Part shown: in pieces, positions 18,418 to 28,475 of the stretch | Layout: every line of letters starts with the position of its first letter | Numbering within the stretch: the first letter of the stretch is position 1 | NCBI GenBank assembly: GCA_021107945.1 | Contig: JAIORV010000162.1 | Coordinates: forward strand, 7,999 to 71,998 | Length of the DNA stretch: 64,000 nucleotides | DNA from: Vulcanimicrobiota bacterium | GTDB taxonomy: Bacteria; Vulcanimicrobiota; JAJTBE01 | Reading direction: 5' to 3' | Program-made: the position numbers and the translations under genes | The notes under the pieces: model-generated | What the model was told of the DNA's origin: nothing | The model's database searches: none | The model's input: the letters and a program-made list of their open reading frames with translations, nothing else

Positions 18418-20715
18418 TCAATTTAACGATCCAGGACTTGGCTGAAATTTTTTCTCAGACACCAATCGCTTTACTCCGTTCTTATGAAGAAAGGAAGCTA
18501 TATGGGTATGCCCATTCGATGTAGCATATTGCCGGGGTGTCCAGCCCCTGACGTCTTCCGCATTTACATTTGCGCCTTTGGATACAAGGAGTTTGGCCGT
18601 GTCTTTATGTCCATCCGATGCCGCACCGTGCAGAGGTGTCCATCCATCATTGTCCTTCGCATTCACATTTGCCCCCCTGGATATCAGGAGCTCGATGATG
18701 TCTGTGTGTTCTTTGGATTCCGCCAGGTGCAGAGATACCCAGCCGTTATTTTCCTTCGCATTCACATTTGCTCCCCTGGATATAAGGAGCTTGATGACGT
18801 CGATATGTCCATATCTTGCGGCATAGTGCAGAGGTGTCCAGCCTCTGTTCTCCTTCGCATTCACATTTACACCCTTGGATATAAGGAGCCTGACGACGTC
18901 GATATGTCCATATCTTACCGCATAGTGTAGAAGTGTCCAGCCTTTATTATCCTTAACATTTATATCTGCTCCATTTGACATGAGAAATCTGACGATCTCG
19001 GTATTACCTTGATTTGACGCAAAATGAAGGGGTGTCCATCCGTCATTGTCCTTCGCATTTATATTTGCCCCCCTGGATATAAGGAGCTCGACGATATCGC
19101 TGTGTCCTTTGGATTCCGCCAGATGCAGAGGTGTCCAGTTGCTATTTTCCCTCGCATTCACATTTGCCCCCCTGGATATAAGGGACTTGACGACTTCGAT
19201 ATGTCCATATCTTGCCGCATAGTGCAGAGGTGTCCAGTTGCTGTTTTCCTTCGTATTCACATTTGCACTCTTGGATACAAGGAGCTTGACGATGTCGGCA
19301 TGTCCATATCTTGCGGCATAGTGCAGGGGTGTCCATCCGCTATTTTCCTTTGCGTTTACAAGTGCGTTTTTGGATGTGAGGAGTTTGACGATGTCGGTAT
19401 GGCCTTCTTTAGCCGCTCTATGCAGAAGTGTTCTTCCGTTATTATCCTTTGTGTTTACATACGCGCCCTCGGAGATGAGGAGCCTGACGATGTTTGTATG
19501 TCCATTGAATGTAGCATATTGCAGGGGTGTTACGTTTTTGCTGTCCTTTGCATTTACATCTGCCCCCTGGTTGATATATTCTTCAACTGTCATAATTCTA
19601 TCATTCTTAACCGCCTTGAAAAAATCATCATATCTATCGAACTGCCTTTTAATCAACTGATTCTTGGGAAAATATGAAGGGCCTGATGGGGCGGGATCAT
19701 ATGAAGAAGACAAAGCAGGTTTAGTTGCATTTGCAGGAGATTGCCTGTCACTTGTCAGGTGGCTTGGAGTATTAATCACCGGCGGTTTTGAAACAAGAGA
19801 AGATGCAGAATGCCGTCCTTCACTTCCATCGAGTATCTTAATGATCTGATCAATCGAACCGGGACGGTTGACATTGGACATTTCCACCATGGATAGGATG
19901 AGATTGTCGAGAAATTCGGGAATGTCCTTGTTGGAATTTCTTACCGGTTCGAATGTAAAAAGAGGACGGGATGAGTCTTCGGGATTGAGTCCGGAAAGAA
20001 GGTAATGAATCAGAACTCCAAGCGAATAAATATCGTTTTGCGGGGAATCATTGCCCCGGCATTGGTCAGGAGAAGCATAGCCCCGCGTTCCCCACATTGT
20101 GCCTTTTTGCAGGGGTTTCAATATTTTGGCAATTCCAAAATCAACAAGAAGGAGCCTGCCGTTATTAAACATGATATTTGAAGGCTTCAGATCGCGATAG
20201 ACAACGGGAGGGTTCTGAGAATGCAGGTAAGAAAATATGTCGAGAATCTGCCGGAAAAATCCTATAACTTCATCAAGAGGAAGCGGTGGAATGTTCTTCC
20301 TTAGATAGCATTCCAGATCCACGCCTTCGATGAATGTCATCACAAGGTAATGTGATGTTCTTCCGACGGGATCCTCTTTGGTGAAAAAATCTGTTACCTT
20401 GGGAAGTCCTCCGTGATGGAGCTTCGCCAATAGTTTTGCCTCTCTCAGAAACATTTCCTGAAATTTATTCCCGTCTGTGTCGAAATTATAAGTCGCCTGC
20501 ATTTTTTTGACGGCCACGGTCTCTCCTAGGCGTGTGTCAACGGCCCGATAGACACAGCCCATGTTCCCCGACTTTAATATTCTTTCCACCCTATATCGGT
20601 TGTCCAGAAGTTCAACTTGCCGGGTAATTCCCGGCGACATTTTCGCTCCGCATTGGTTGCAATATTTAGTTTTTGATTTTTGATTTCTTCCGCAGATAGT
20701 GCAGTAATGATCCAT
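18418..20715 (-). CDS. Zinc-ribbon / Ser-Thr kinase / ankyrin-repeat protein without TM helix (paralogue 3)
   Basis: Same kinase motifs; about 12 ANK units, several near-identical at DNA level with 99-bp period (WTPLHYAARYGH three times). Confidence 0.93.
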   Translation of the reverse strand: MDHYCTICGRNQKSKTKYCNQCGAKMSPGITRQVELLDNRYRVERILKSGNMGCVYRAVDTRLGETVAVKKMQATYNFDTDGNKFQEMFLREAKLLAKLHHGGLPKVTDFFTKEDPVGRTSHYLVMTFIEGVDLECYLRKNIPPLPLDEVIGFFRQILDIFSYLHSQNPPVVYRDLKPSNIMFNNGRLLLVDFGIAKILKPLQKGTMWGTRGYASPDQCRGNDSPQNDIYSLGVLIHYLLSGLNPEDSSRPLFTFEPVRNSNKDIPEFLDNLILSMVEMSNVNRPGSIDQIIKILDGSEGRHSASSLVSKPPVINTPSHLTSDRQSPANATKPALSSSYDPAPSGPSYFPKNQLIKRQFDRYDDFFKAVKNDRIMTVEEYINQGADVNAKDSKNVTPLQYATFNGHTNIVRLLISEGAYVNTKDNNGRTLLHRAAKEGHTDIVKLLTSKNALVNAKENSGWTPLHYAARYGHADIVKLLVSKSANVNTKENSNWTPLHYAARYGHIEVVKSLISRGANVNARENSNWTPLHLAESKGHSDIVELLISRGANINAKDNDGWTPLHFASNQGNTEIVRFLMSNGADINVKDNKGWTLLHYAVRYGHIDVVRLLISKGVNVNAKENRGWTPLHYAARYGHIDVIKLLISRGANVNAKENNGWVSLHLAESKEHTDIIELLISRGANVNAKDNDGWTPLHGAASDGHKDTAKLLVSKGANVNAEDVRGWTPRQYATSNGHTHIASFLHKNGVKRLVSEKKFQPSPGSLN

Positions 20716-20868
20716 TAAGATAAGACTCCCCCAAAAATTATGATGTTATTCGGACATCTCTTGTGGTGAAAACTATTCAATCACGATTCCATAACTATTC
20801 GGACCGGCCAAAAGACCGGTCTGGAATTAAATCTCGGTGTGGTTGGAATGATTATCCTTTTTTTCAAA

Positions 20869-20898
20869 CTCTGCGTCCTCCGCATCCTCTGCGGTGAA
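20869..20898 (-). repeat. 9-bp-period dispersed repeat
   Basis: ctctgcgtcctccgcatcctctgcggtgaa, the reverse orientation of the 11298 type. Confidence 0.7.
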
Positions 20899-20918
20899 TA
20901 CTCAAAGTCATCAAAAAA

Positions 20919-22247
20919 CTATATCTTCAACACCCTCGTCTTGAACTTCGCCAATTTTATCCACTGGACAATGGGGATTCTTGCCGGGCACACGTATGTA
21001 CAGCATCCACATTCCATGCAATCCATAAGGTTATATTCATATTTCGCTTCGGACCATCTCTCAGCTTTTGCCAGTTTTGCAAGCACCTGGGGCATGAGCT
21101 TTTGAGGGCAATGTTTTATGCAGAAGCTGCATCTTATGCAGTTCTCAGGCTCATAAAGCTTCGCCTTTTCTTTAGAGAGAATCAGGATACCCGATGTTCC
21201 CTTGATTACGGGTGTGTCGAGGGTATATTGGGCGATACCCATCATCGGTCCGCCGGATATTACCTTTACAGGCTCTTTTGTCAGACCTCCCGCCGCCTCG
21301 ACAAGGGTTTTGAATGGCGTACCGACGCGAACCTGGAAATTGCCCGGCTCCGCCACACAATCTCCGGTGATGGTAACAATCCTCTCATACAACGGCTTTC
21401 CCTTGACAACGGCTTCATAGACAGCATACGATGTACTCACATTTTGTACCACTGCTCCCACATCGACGGGAAGCCCGCCTGACGGAACCTCTCTGCCCGT
21501 GATGGCGTAAATAAGCTGTTTCTCCGATCCCTGCGGATACCTTGTCTTCATAACCTGAAGCTTCATCGGAGAATGACTGCTCTCGGTTTTCTCAAGCTCT
21601 TTTTCTATGGAGCTTATCGCCAGATGTTTGTTGTCCTCGACAGCTATTATAACTTCCGTCGCTGCTGTGGCGCGTTTTAATATCCTGACACCCTCGAGCA
21701 TCTCTGCGGTTTTTTCGCGCATAAGCCTGTCATCGCTTGTGAGAAAAGGCTCACATTCCGCACCGTTAATGATGAGAACATCCACCTTTTTCCCTTTCGG
21801 CGGAGATATTTTGACATGGGTCGGGAAGGCCGCGCCTCCCATGCCCACGACTCCAGCTTCCTTGACAAGGGCTACAATGTCGGCGGGTTTCATATCATGC
21901 CACCGGCGGTTTGCGGGTTTGCATTCAAGCATATCAACGCCGGAACCCTGGATAACAATTGCCTTGGATTCTCCGAACACCGGATGTGGTCTGTTCTCTA
22001 TTGCCTTGACCGCGCCGGTGATGGACGAATGAACCACGGCGGTAATGAATGATTCCGCCTGGGCAATTTTCTGTCCCGTTCTTACCTCGTCTTTTACTTT
22101 AACAAGGGGAGTCGCCGGGGCTCCAAGATGTTGTGAGACAGGAATTACAACTTCTTTTGGCGCATCGAGCACCTGTATAAGTTCAGTCTCGGTTAATTCT
22201 TTGTTTCCGGCAGGATGGATTCCTCCGGGAAATACAATTGTACTCAT
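20919..22247 (-). CDS. rsxC: Electron transport complex subunit RsxC/RnfC
   Basis: FPGGIHP, GVVGMGGAAFPT, NGAECEPFLTSD, YPQGSEKQL, GGPMMG and two CxxCxxCxxxCP motifs. Confidence 0.96.
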   Translation of the reverse strand: MSTIVFPGGIHPAGNKELTETELIQVLDAPKEVVIPVSQHLGAPATPLVKVKDEVRTGQKIAQAESFITAVVHSSITGAVKAIENRPHPVFGESKAIVIQGSGVDMLECKPANRRWHDMKPADIVALVKEAGVVGMGGAAFPTHVKISPPKGKKVDVLIINGAECEPFLTSDDRLMREKTAEMLEGVRILKRATAATEVIIAVEDNKHLAISSIEKELEKTESSHSPMKLQVMKTRYPQGSEKQLIYAITGREVPSGGLPVDVGAVVQNVSTSYAVYEAVVKGKPLYERIVTITGDCVAEPGNFQVRVGTPFKTLVEAAGGLTKEPVKVISGGPMMGIAQYTLDTPVIKGTSGILILSKEKAKLYEPENCIRCSFCIKHCPQKLMPQVLAKLAKAERWSEAKYEYNLMDCMECGCCTYVCPARIPIVQWIKLAKFKTRVLKI

Positions 22248-22251
22248 TTTA

Positions 22252-23100
22252 TCACCTTATGTTTATTTCGGTTTTCATTTCTTTATTGATTTTTTCTGAG
22301 AATTTTGCCAGGAAATGTGCCGTCCATGTAAGTAATCCGGGATTAAACTGGAAACTATCCTCAACAATAACATCTTCAAGGAGATGTCTCTTCATTTCAT
22401 AACATAGTCCATACTGGATATCTACCAGGATCGACAGGAGGGTCGAGATGTCACCATCGGGGAAGTTGGATAACCTATACACTTCCTTTGCAAGTTGTAC
22501 GCACTCCTGATAGACATCTGCTATTTCATTTGCCAATTCCCGATAGACTTTCTCCGGGACATCCGCCTGCCGTAATTTCACCCGTAATGCTTCCTTGAGA
22601 GCTTCATAGTCCGAGGACATTTCCTCACGGCTTATGGATATTTCTTCCACTTCTTCGCCTGTGTCTTTATTCTCTTCCAATATGTCTTCTAAATCAACAT
22701 TCTCCGGTTCTTCCAGTGCCTCGGGCTCCGGCTCCTCCTCATATTCATCTTCGCCCAGGAACTTTTCACCTTCCAGTACCTCCTCGAGTGTCCTGATAAG
22801 GGTGTCGAGCGGACCATGGAGGTTCTGCGTGTTGAATAATAGGCGTTTTGAACTTTCCCTGATATATAGAATAAACTTGAGATATTCACCCCAGTCTCCA
22901 TCGTCGGCGGAAAGGAATTTCTCAACATATCCCATATAATCCATGGTGAGTATGGACATTTGCCCTATGTAAAAGGAGGGCTTGATCAGAGCCAGCATAT
23001 TGACCCGGGATGAGGCAAGCTTCTTATAGACATCATTGGTAATATCACTGGCAGTGGTTTTTTGCTTCAGTTTTATAATTACATCATTCCAGAAAGACAT
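22252..23100 (-). CDS. Hypothetical helical protein with central acidic linker
   Basis: Long ORF tightly packed between the nucleotidyltransferase gene and rnfC; no recognised domain. Confidence 0.8.
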   Translation of the reverse strand: MSFWNDVIIKLKQKTTASDITNDVYKKLASSRVNMLALIKPSFYIGQMSILTMDYMGYVEKFLSADDGDWGEYLKFILYIRESSKRLLFNTQNLHGPLDTLIRTLEEVLEGEKFLGEDEYEEEPEPEALEEPENVDLEDILEENKDTGEEVEEISISREEMSSDYEALKEALRVKLRQADVPEKVYRELANEIADVYQECVQLAKEVYRLSNFPDGDISTLLSILVDIQYGLCYEMKRHLLEDVIVEDSFQFNPGLLTWTAHFLAKFSEKINKEMKTEINIR

Positions 23101-23118
23101 TTTTTCTCTTCCTTTCAA

Positions 23119-25971
23119 TTAGAATAACAATTCGACGAGTCTTGATCGCAATTCCTCGCCCTTGAGTCCATCGTTTCTTATAGTGCGAATCTTCTCGGCA
23201 AGTTTCGGGCGATCAAGCTCATATTCCAACCAGTTGGCAAAATCTCCCTTGGACAAATGGAACGCCAAGGACGCGGGATCTATAAAGTGAATGGAGTCAA
23301 CAAACTCCTTGTAACTCCTTGCCCTTATGCCCAGGTATTTACCGGGAATCCAGAAATGGAAAGCACGATCTACGGCAAGATATATTTGCTTCTTGGGATC
23401 CTTCACCTTTTCTTTGACTTTTTCAAGCCTCTCATGCTCCCCAACTATTTTTACATCAACTGTTTCAGGTTTGTCTTCTTTCAATCGCTCGATTGTCTGA
23501 CTGAATTTTTTCAGTAGTTCCCAGGCCTCTTCTTTCGAAGCGGCTTCGGTGTAAACATGAAAGAGAGGCGCAGAAGGATCCGGGAGCATGAGAACCCACG
23601 CCTGGTCAAAGAATATCTTCAAACCTTCTATCACTTCCATAGGCTTATCCTCATGCACTTCAATCATACGGCGCATTATCTTGCCCTTTTCCTGCCAGGT
23701 GCAGCCAACAGTATCATGTGCCATATAAAAAGCGGGAACCTCGCTGAAAATCTCGGATAACTTCCTTTTTTCCCTTGCCATAAATTCAAGCATTTTGGCG
23801 AATGCAAACATCGCATCAAATGAGGGATGAAAACGAGGGAATATGAAGGAACCGTTAGAGTGGGCGGCAAAGACGATCTTCTGCTCGCCGAGATTTGACG
23901 TGTGCATCAGAGACCTGCCATCACTCTTTGTTGTGATAACCTTGCCTCCGTGTCTGTGCGCTATCTCTTCTATGACAGAAGGAGCGGTGACGGGCACGAC
24001 GACCATTCCCTGATCAGAGTGCTTCAGGACAAGATGAGTGAACAGGGCGAGAAGCCTGTTGTCCGAAATTATATCACCCTTGTCATCGACTATTACAATC
24101 TTCTCACAATCCATATCTATCCGTACACCAAGATCAGCATTTAAAGTGAGGACAATATTCTTGAGGCTTGTTAGTTCTTCTTCAACTCTTGATATTGATT
24201 CCGAGGCTTTCTCCGCGTCCAGATATGCGTTAATTGAAATAGTCTCACATCCCATTTTTCCCAGGATATGTGGCAGAACAAGTGATGCGATTCCATAACT
24301 ATAATTCAGAACAACCTTGAGCCTTGCTTTTTTGATGAGATCCTGATCCAGATTTTTAAAGAATCCCTCGTTATACTGATCAATAATTCTCCCGGGAAAT
24401 TCAATCGTGCCGACTTCGTCCATCGAAGTTCTTCGAAAGTCTTCCCTGAAGAAAATATTTTCCAATTTCCTCTCGACCGATTTGTTTATATTAATTCCAT
24501 TATCATCAAAGAACTCGATAAGAACATTCCGCGGATCCCAAGGATCTATTCTGGCATGAATTCCGCCCTTTGCACCGGTGTTTTTAACGACATACCTACT
24601 CACGGGAGCAGGATTGACACGGAGATCATAGCAATTAACACCCACTGAAATTAACCCGCATATAATCGAGCGGTTGAGCATGCGTGCAGCAGGGTGGGAA
24701 TCACGGCTGGTTATTGCGGCTGAGCCTTTTGCAAGGTAAGCTCCATATGCCGCCCCGAGCTTCATGGCAAATTCCGGTGTTATCTCGATATTGGCTAATC
24801 CTGATATCCCGTCAACGCCAAATAGTGAACCGGGCCATCTGCCTCCCCAGATAAGGCTCATATTTACAGTTGCGCCGGCTTCGATGTTCTTGTTCGGCCA
24901 TACCTTGACCTGTGGTTGTACAACCGCCCCGGAATCTATGAACACCTTGTCTCCAAGAACTACACCTTCGTTGATTACAACATTATTCTTTATCGTACTC
25001 TGGCGGCATACTATTCCTCCGGACATCCTGCTGTTCTTTCCAAGATAAACATTATTCCAGAGAGTTGACATGTGAACAACTGCTCCCTCCTCGACTATGC
25101 AGTTGTCGCCGATTATGGTGTATTCATCCACATGAGCGTTTGCCTTGATCCGGCAGTTTCTGCCTATTATGGCAGGGCCGCCGATGTTGGCGGAAGGATG
25201 AATCTCACTACCTTCTCCGAGCCAGACATTCCTTCTGATTTTTTCACCGGGAATCTTTACATCCACTTTACTCTGCATTATATCAGACTGGGCGTTTCTG
25301 TATTGCTGAAGGTTGCCGATATCGCACCAGTAACCGGTTGTAATACAGCCGTATATGGATTTTTCTTCCTCCAGGAGTTTGGGAAATATATCCTTGCTCC
25401 AATCATAATTTTTGCCTCTTACCATATAATCTAAAACTTCAGGCTCGAGGATATATATCCCGGTATTGATTGTATCGCTGAAAACCTCTCCCCAGGAAGG
25501 CTTTTCAAGAAACCTGCGTATCGCTCCATTTTCTTCCGTTATAACAACGCCAAATTCCAGCGGATTATCAACTCTTGTAAGTGTAAGAGTGGCAAGAGAT
25601 TTCTTCTCATTATGGAAGTCAATAATTCCCTTGAGATTGAAATCAGTGAGAGCATCTCCGCTGACGATAACAAAAGTTTCATCAAGGAAATCGTCCAGGA
25701 GTTTAACCGCTCCCGCCGTTCCAAGTGGCTCTTCTTCAACGGAATAGTGAAGTTGAACTCCCCAATCGGAGCCGTCTCCGAAATAGCTCACAATTTCATC
25801 GGCCAGATAGTGAAGTGTCGCTGCAATCTGGGTAATACCATTCTTCTTAAGAAGCTCGATGATATATTCCATTACAGGCTTGTTGCATAAAGGTACCAAA
25901 GGCTTAGGCTTGTTACAGGTAAGTGGTCTCAGCCTGGAACCTTCTCCTCCCGCCATTACTACTGCCTTCAT
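23119..25971 (-). CDS. Mannose-1-phosphate guanylyltransferase-like / phosphohexomutase-like fusion with C-terminal DUF5752-like domain
   Basis: [34 protein letters not shown], left-handed beta-helix, LFGVDGISG mutase fold, and tail AFHF...[15 protein letters not shown]. Confidence 0.9.
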   Translation of the reverse strand: MKAVVMAGGEGSRLRPLTCNKPKPLVPLCNKPVMEYIIELLKKNGITQIAATLHYLADEIVSYFGDGSDWGVQLHYSVEEEPLGTAGAVKLLDDFLDETFVIVSGDALTDFNLKGIIDFHNEKKSLATLTLTRVDNPLEFGVVITEENGAIRRFLEKPSWGEVFSDTINTGIYILEPEVLDYMVRGKNYDWSKDIFPKLLEEEKSIYGCITTGYWCDIGNLQQYRNAQSDIMQSKVDVKIPGEKIRRNVWLGEGSEIHPSANIGGPAIIGRNCRIKANAHVDEYTIIGDNCIVEEGAVVHMSTLWNNVYLGKNSRMSGGIVCRQSTIKNNVVINEGVVLGDKVFIDSGAVVQPQVKVWPNKNIEAGATVNMSLIWGGRWPGSLFGVDGISGLANIEITPEFAMKLGAAYGAYLAKGSAAITSRDSHPAARMLNRSIICGLISVGVNCYDLRVNPAPVSRYVVKNTGAKGGIHARIDPWDPRNVLIEFFDDNGININKSVERKLENIFFREDFRRTSMDEVGTIEFPGRIIDQYNEGFFKNLDQDLIKKARLKVVLNYSYGIASLVLPHILGKMGCETISINAYLDAEKASESISRVEEELTSLKNIVLTLNADLGVRIDMDCEKIVIVDDKGDIISDNRLLALFTHLVLKHSDQGMVVVPVTAPSVIEEIAHRHGGKVITTKSDGRSLMHTSNLGEQKIVFAAHSNGSFIFPRFHPSFDAMFAFAKMLEFMAREKRKLSEIFSEVPAFYMAHDTVGCTWQEKGKIMRRMIEVHEDKPMEVIEGLKIFFDQAWVLMLPDPSAPLFHVYTEAASKEEAWELLKKFSQTIERLKEDKPETVDVKIVGEHERLEKVKEKVKDPKKQIYLAVDRAFHFWIPGKYLGIRARSYKEFVDSIHFIDPASLAFHLSKGDFANWLEYELDRPKLAEKIRTIRNDGLKGEELRSRLVELLF

Positions 25972-26278
25972 TTTTCATTAACCCCCTTGATAAAATAAAT
26001 TATTAAAGGCTCCTCAAAACAAGACCAGGGATAGGAGCCAGCAAAGTAAATAAAATTAAAATCATTGAAATATCACCTTGTATATTTCAATTTCTGCTTC
26101 CAAAATCCTCCGGATCATGGTTCGTGATAAAAAAAAGATTGTACCCATTAAGACTAACCGCAGCAAGAGAGGCTCCCAGCCTCGATTCTAATGGCAGTCC
26201 GCCTCGATATTCGTGGTAAGATGCTACTCCCATAAAGGAGGTTTTAATGTTTTAAAGATTGATATTTAAAGTGTAATT

Positions 26279-26378
26279 ATTCAGACCGCCCCACTATTTG
26301 GGTAGAGGCTGGTCTCCCGACCAGCCTGGAAACGGCATAAAATAGGGGTTGGGAAACCCCTACAGAATGGGTCTGAAT
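26279..26378 (+). mobile_element. MITE/REPIN-like element with 9-bp terminal inverted repeats and two inverted GTAG REPs
   Basis: attcagacc...ggtctgaat, flanked by TA; contains gtagaggctggtctcccgaccagcct and aggggttgggaaacccctac. Confidence 0.78.
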
Positions 26379-26385
26379 ACATACT

Positions 26386-26811
26386 TTAAATTGTGTCCCT
26401 TATTGATGAAAGCCTTAGTGCGAATTTCTCTGCCGATTCCTCGTTGCCGATTATTTCAAAGTCAAAAAGAAATCCCCCATTTTCTTCGACAATTTTCATG
26501 AGATGTTTTAGAGAAGTTGATGCTCTATTAACTTTCTTTGTAACGAAGACTGCAATTTGCTTTCCTCCGATAAAGGGGCTGTTATTGATAAATTCTTCAA
26601 ATTCCATCGGAATTCCACCGCTCCGGGATGTTTGCCCAAGTCCAATAATTATCAGTTTTGAGGAGGAGAACAGTCCGGAATGAAATGTGTCAGTTTTTTC
26701 CGCCTCTTTGATTTCGAAAAGATCAACATCAAATCCCTCGTCCCTGAGGGCTTTTCCCATTGTTTTTACGATGTTGGTGATTTCCTTATTATAGGCAATT
26801 GCAAGTTTCAC
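26386..26811 (-). CDS. Flavodoxin-like fold protein
   Basis: KLAIAY, VDLFEI, LIIIG and GKQIAVF beta-alpha pattern; the canonical FMN phosphate loop is missing. Confidence 0.6.
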   Translation of the reverse strand: MKLAIAYNKEITNIVKTMGKALRDEGFDVDLFEIKEAEKTDTFHSGLFSSSKLIIIGLGQTSRSGGIPMEFEEFINNSPFIGGKQIAVFVTKKVNRASTSLKHLMKIVEENGGFLFDFEIIGNEESAEKFALRLSSIRDTI

Positions 26812-26915
26812 AAACTTGTTATTTGTTGATTTTGATTTAATTCCTTTGAGGAAGGAGATTAAATATGTTAGTTTAACTTTTATGATATGGTTAAGTTATT
26901 TGTAAGAAAGGGGAC

Positions 26916-27227
26916 ATGATAATGGTAGCATTAGTAGTAACAGGTAAATTTAAGAATCCTGAAATGATGGAAAAGGCAATAGGAATGGAAGGTCATTTTG
27001 TCTCACATGGCAAAAAACTCCTGGAGAAGTTCCATTGCAAGGGTGGGGTTCTATTGACTCACCCCGACGGAAAGTTCAGTGATATCAGCTTCTGGGACAA
27101 TGAAGAAGATGCAAAGAAAATAATGGAAAATTCCATTGTCAAGGAAATGATGAAAATGAGTAAGGTATTACTTGACGGGGAAATGAAAGTTGATTATGCA
27201 GATGTAAGCATTAGTCTGGGTATATAA
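26916..27227 (+). CDS. Small protein, possibly ABM/dimeric alpha-beta barrel fold
   Basis: RBS (aagggg); ~100 aa with G--LL...ISFWDNEEDA pattern; followed by a terminator. Confidence 0.6.
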   Translation: MIMVALVVTGKFKNPEMMEKAIGMEGHFVSHGKKLLEKFHCKGGVLLTHPDGKFSDISFWDNEEDAKKIMENSIVKEMMKMSKVLLDGEMKVDYADVSISLGI

Positions 27228-27276
27228 CCGGCAAGTGGTACCTATAGATATTCCCGGATTGTTATAAAATTAATCG

Positions 27277-27306
27277 GGAGCTTTAAAAAAATAAGGCTCC
27301 TTTTTT
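27277..27306 (+). terminator. Intrinsic terminator
   Basis: ggagcttt...aaggctcc stem followed by a T6 tract, between convergent genes. Confidence 0.65.
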
Positions 27307-27371
27307 ATTGACTGTATCAATTCATTTGATTCCGCTTTGTGGGCTTCGAATACTCTATGGCCAATGGATAT

Positions 27372-28172
27372 CTATAATTCAACTTTTTTTACGGTTGGGA
27401 TCTTTCCTCCGAAGAACCTGCTCCCCATTTTCTGAAATTCCTCAGGATCTCCGCTCACAAAAAATTCATGAAGAGAGTTTTCGTTATTCGACAGCATTTC
27501 TCTTTCTTCAAGACTTTTCTTTAAATGTTCCGCCACCGCTTTGGCGGGATCGATTATTTTTATCCCGTGATTCATAATTTTATTTATAGTGGGTATTAAG
27601 TAGGGATAATGGGTACAACCTAATATGAGCGTATCAATTTTGGAATCAATAAGAGGCTTCAGATCCTGTCTTACAATCTCCTCAACTTCCTCTCCGGAGA
27701 CATTTCCTGCCTCTATAAGTGGAACCCATCGTTTGCATGGGCTTTGAAATACCATTGTACCGTTCAGGGATATGTTTTTAATAGTTCTTTTATACGCTCC
27801 GTTTTTCACGGTCAATGGGTTTGCGACTACACCTATTCTTTCATTTTTGGAAGTTTCAAGCGCCATCCTTGATGCGAACTCAATCACTCCCAGCGTCGGA
27901 ATATTTAATCTCCCGTTCAGTCGGGGAAGCACTATTGCCGACGATGTATTACATGCCATAACAAGGGCTTTTATTCCCTTGGTACAAAAAAAATCTATTA
28001 TATTGTGAACATATTTAATTATTTGTGTCTCGGTCTTGTCCCCATAAGGAACGTGTGCCGTGTCGCCAAAATATATGATTTTCTCTTCCGGTAAAGTTTT
28101 TGATATGGCGTTAGCTACGGTGAGCCCGCCTACACCGGAATCGAAAACTCCGATTCCCTTGTTTCTATTCAT
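27372..28172 (-). CDS. murI: Glutamate racemase
   Basis: FDSGVGGLTV, PYG, ACNTSS and LGCTHYP motifs. Confidence 0.97.
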   Translation of the reverse strand: MNRNKGIGVFDSGVGGLTVANAISKTLPEEKIIYFGDTAHVPYGDKTETQIIKYVHNIIDFFCTKGIKALVMACNTSSAIVLPRLNGRLNIPTLGVIEFASRMALETSKNERIGVVANPLTVKNGAYKRTIKNISLNGTMVFQSPCKRWVPLIEAGNVSGEEVEEIVRQDLKPLIDSKIDTLILGCTHYPYLIPTINKIMNHGIKIIDPAKAVAEHLKKSLEEREMLSNNENSLHEFFVSGDPEEFQKMGSRFFGGKIPTVKKVEL

Positions 28173-28475
28173 TATGAAACCGCCTTGAAAAATAATCTCT
28201 CCAATCCTCTGCGACGGATAGTAGTAATTTAATCACATTTTAACGGAATCCTTCGCGTGAATCAATCGAACTAAGGACATATATGATTACAATTTAGTAA
28301 CAATTTGGCAACAAATTCATTGGAGGTTTATTGTGGATTTTGAAGAATAAAAGATAGGTTACATTTTATCATGGTTTTTTTGAATGGTTGTTATTAAATA
28401 TTCAGAGGAATCCTTGCAGGTAAAATAGAAATATGTATAAAATTTGAAAAACCACTGAAAGAGGGTTGCGGATAT

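Noticed and set aside
11794-19677. Many + strand ORFs over the ankyrin genes
   Set aside because: Antisense shadows of repetitive ankyrin codons; no RBS or family motifs.
11778-20715. 99-bp periodicity as a CRISPR array or DGR template/variable repeat
   Set aside because: The repeats are protein-coding ANK units without unique spacers. No cas or reverse transcriptase gene is in the window, and I saw no adenine-only mismatch pattern.
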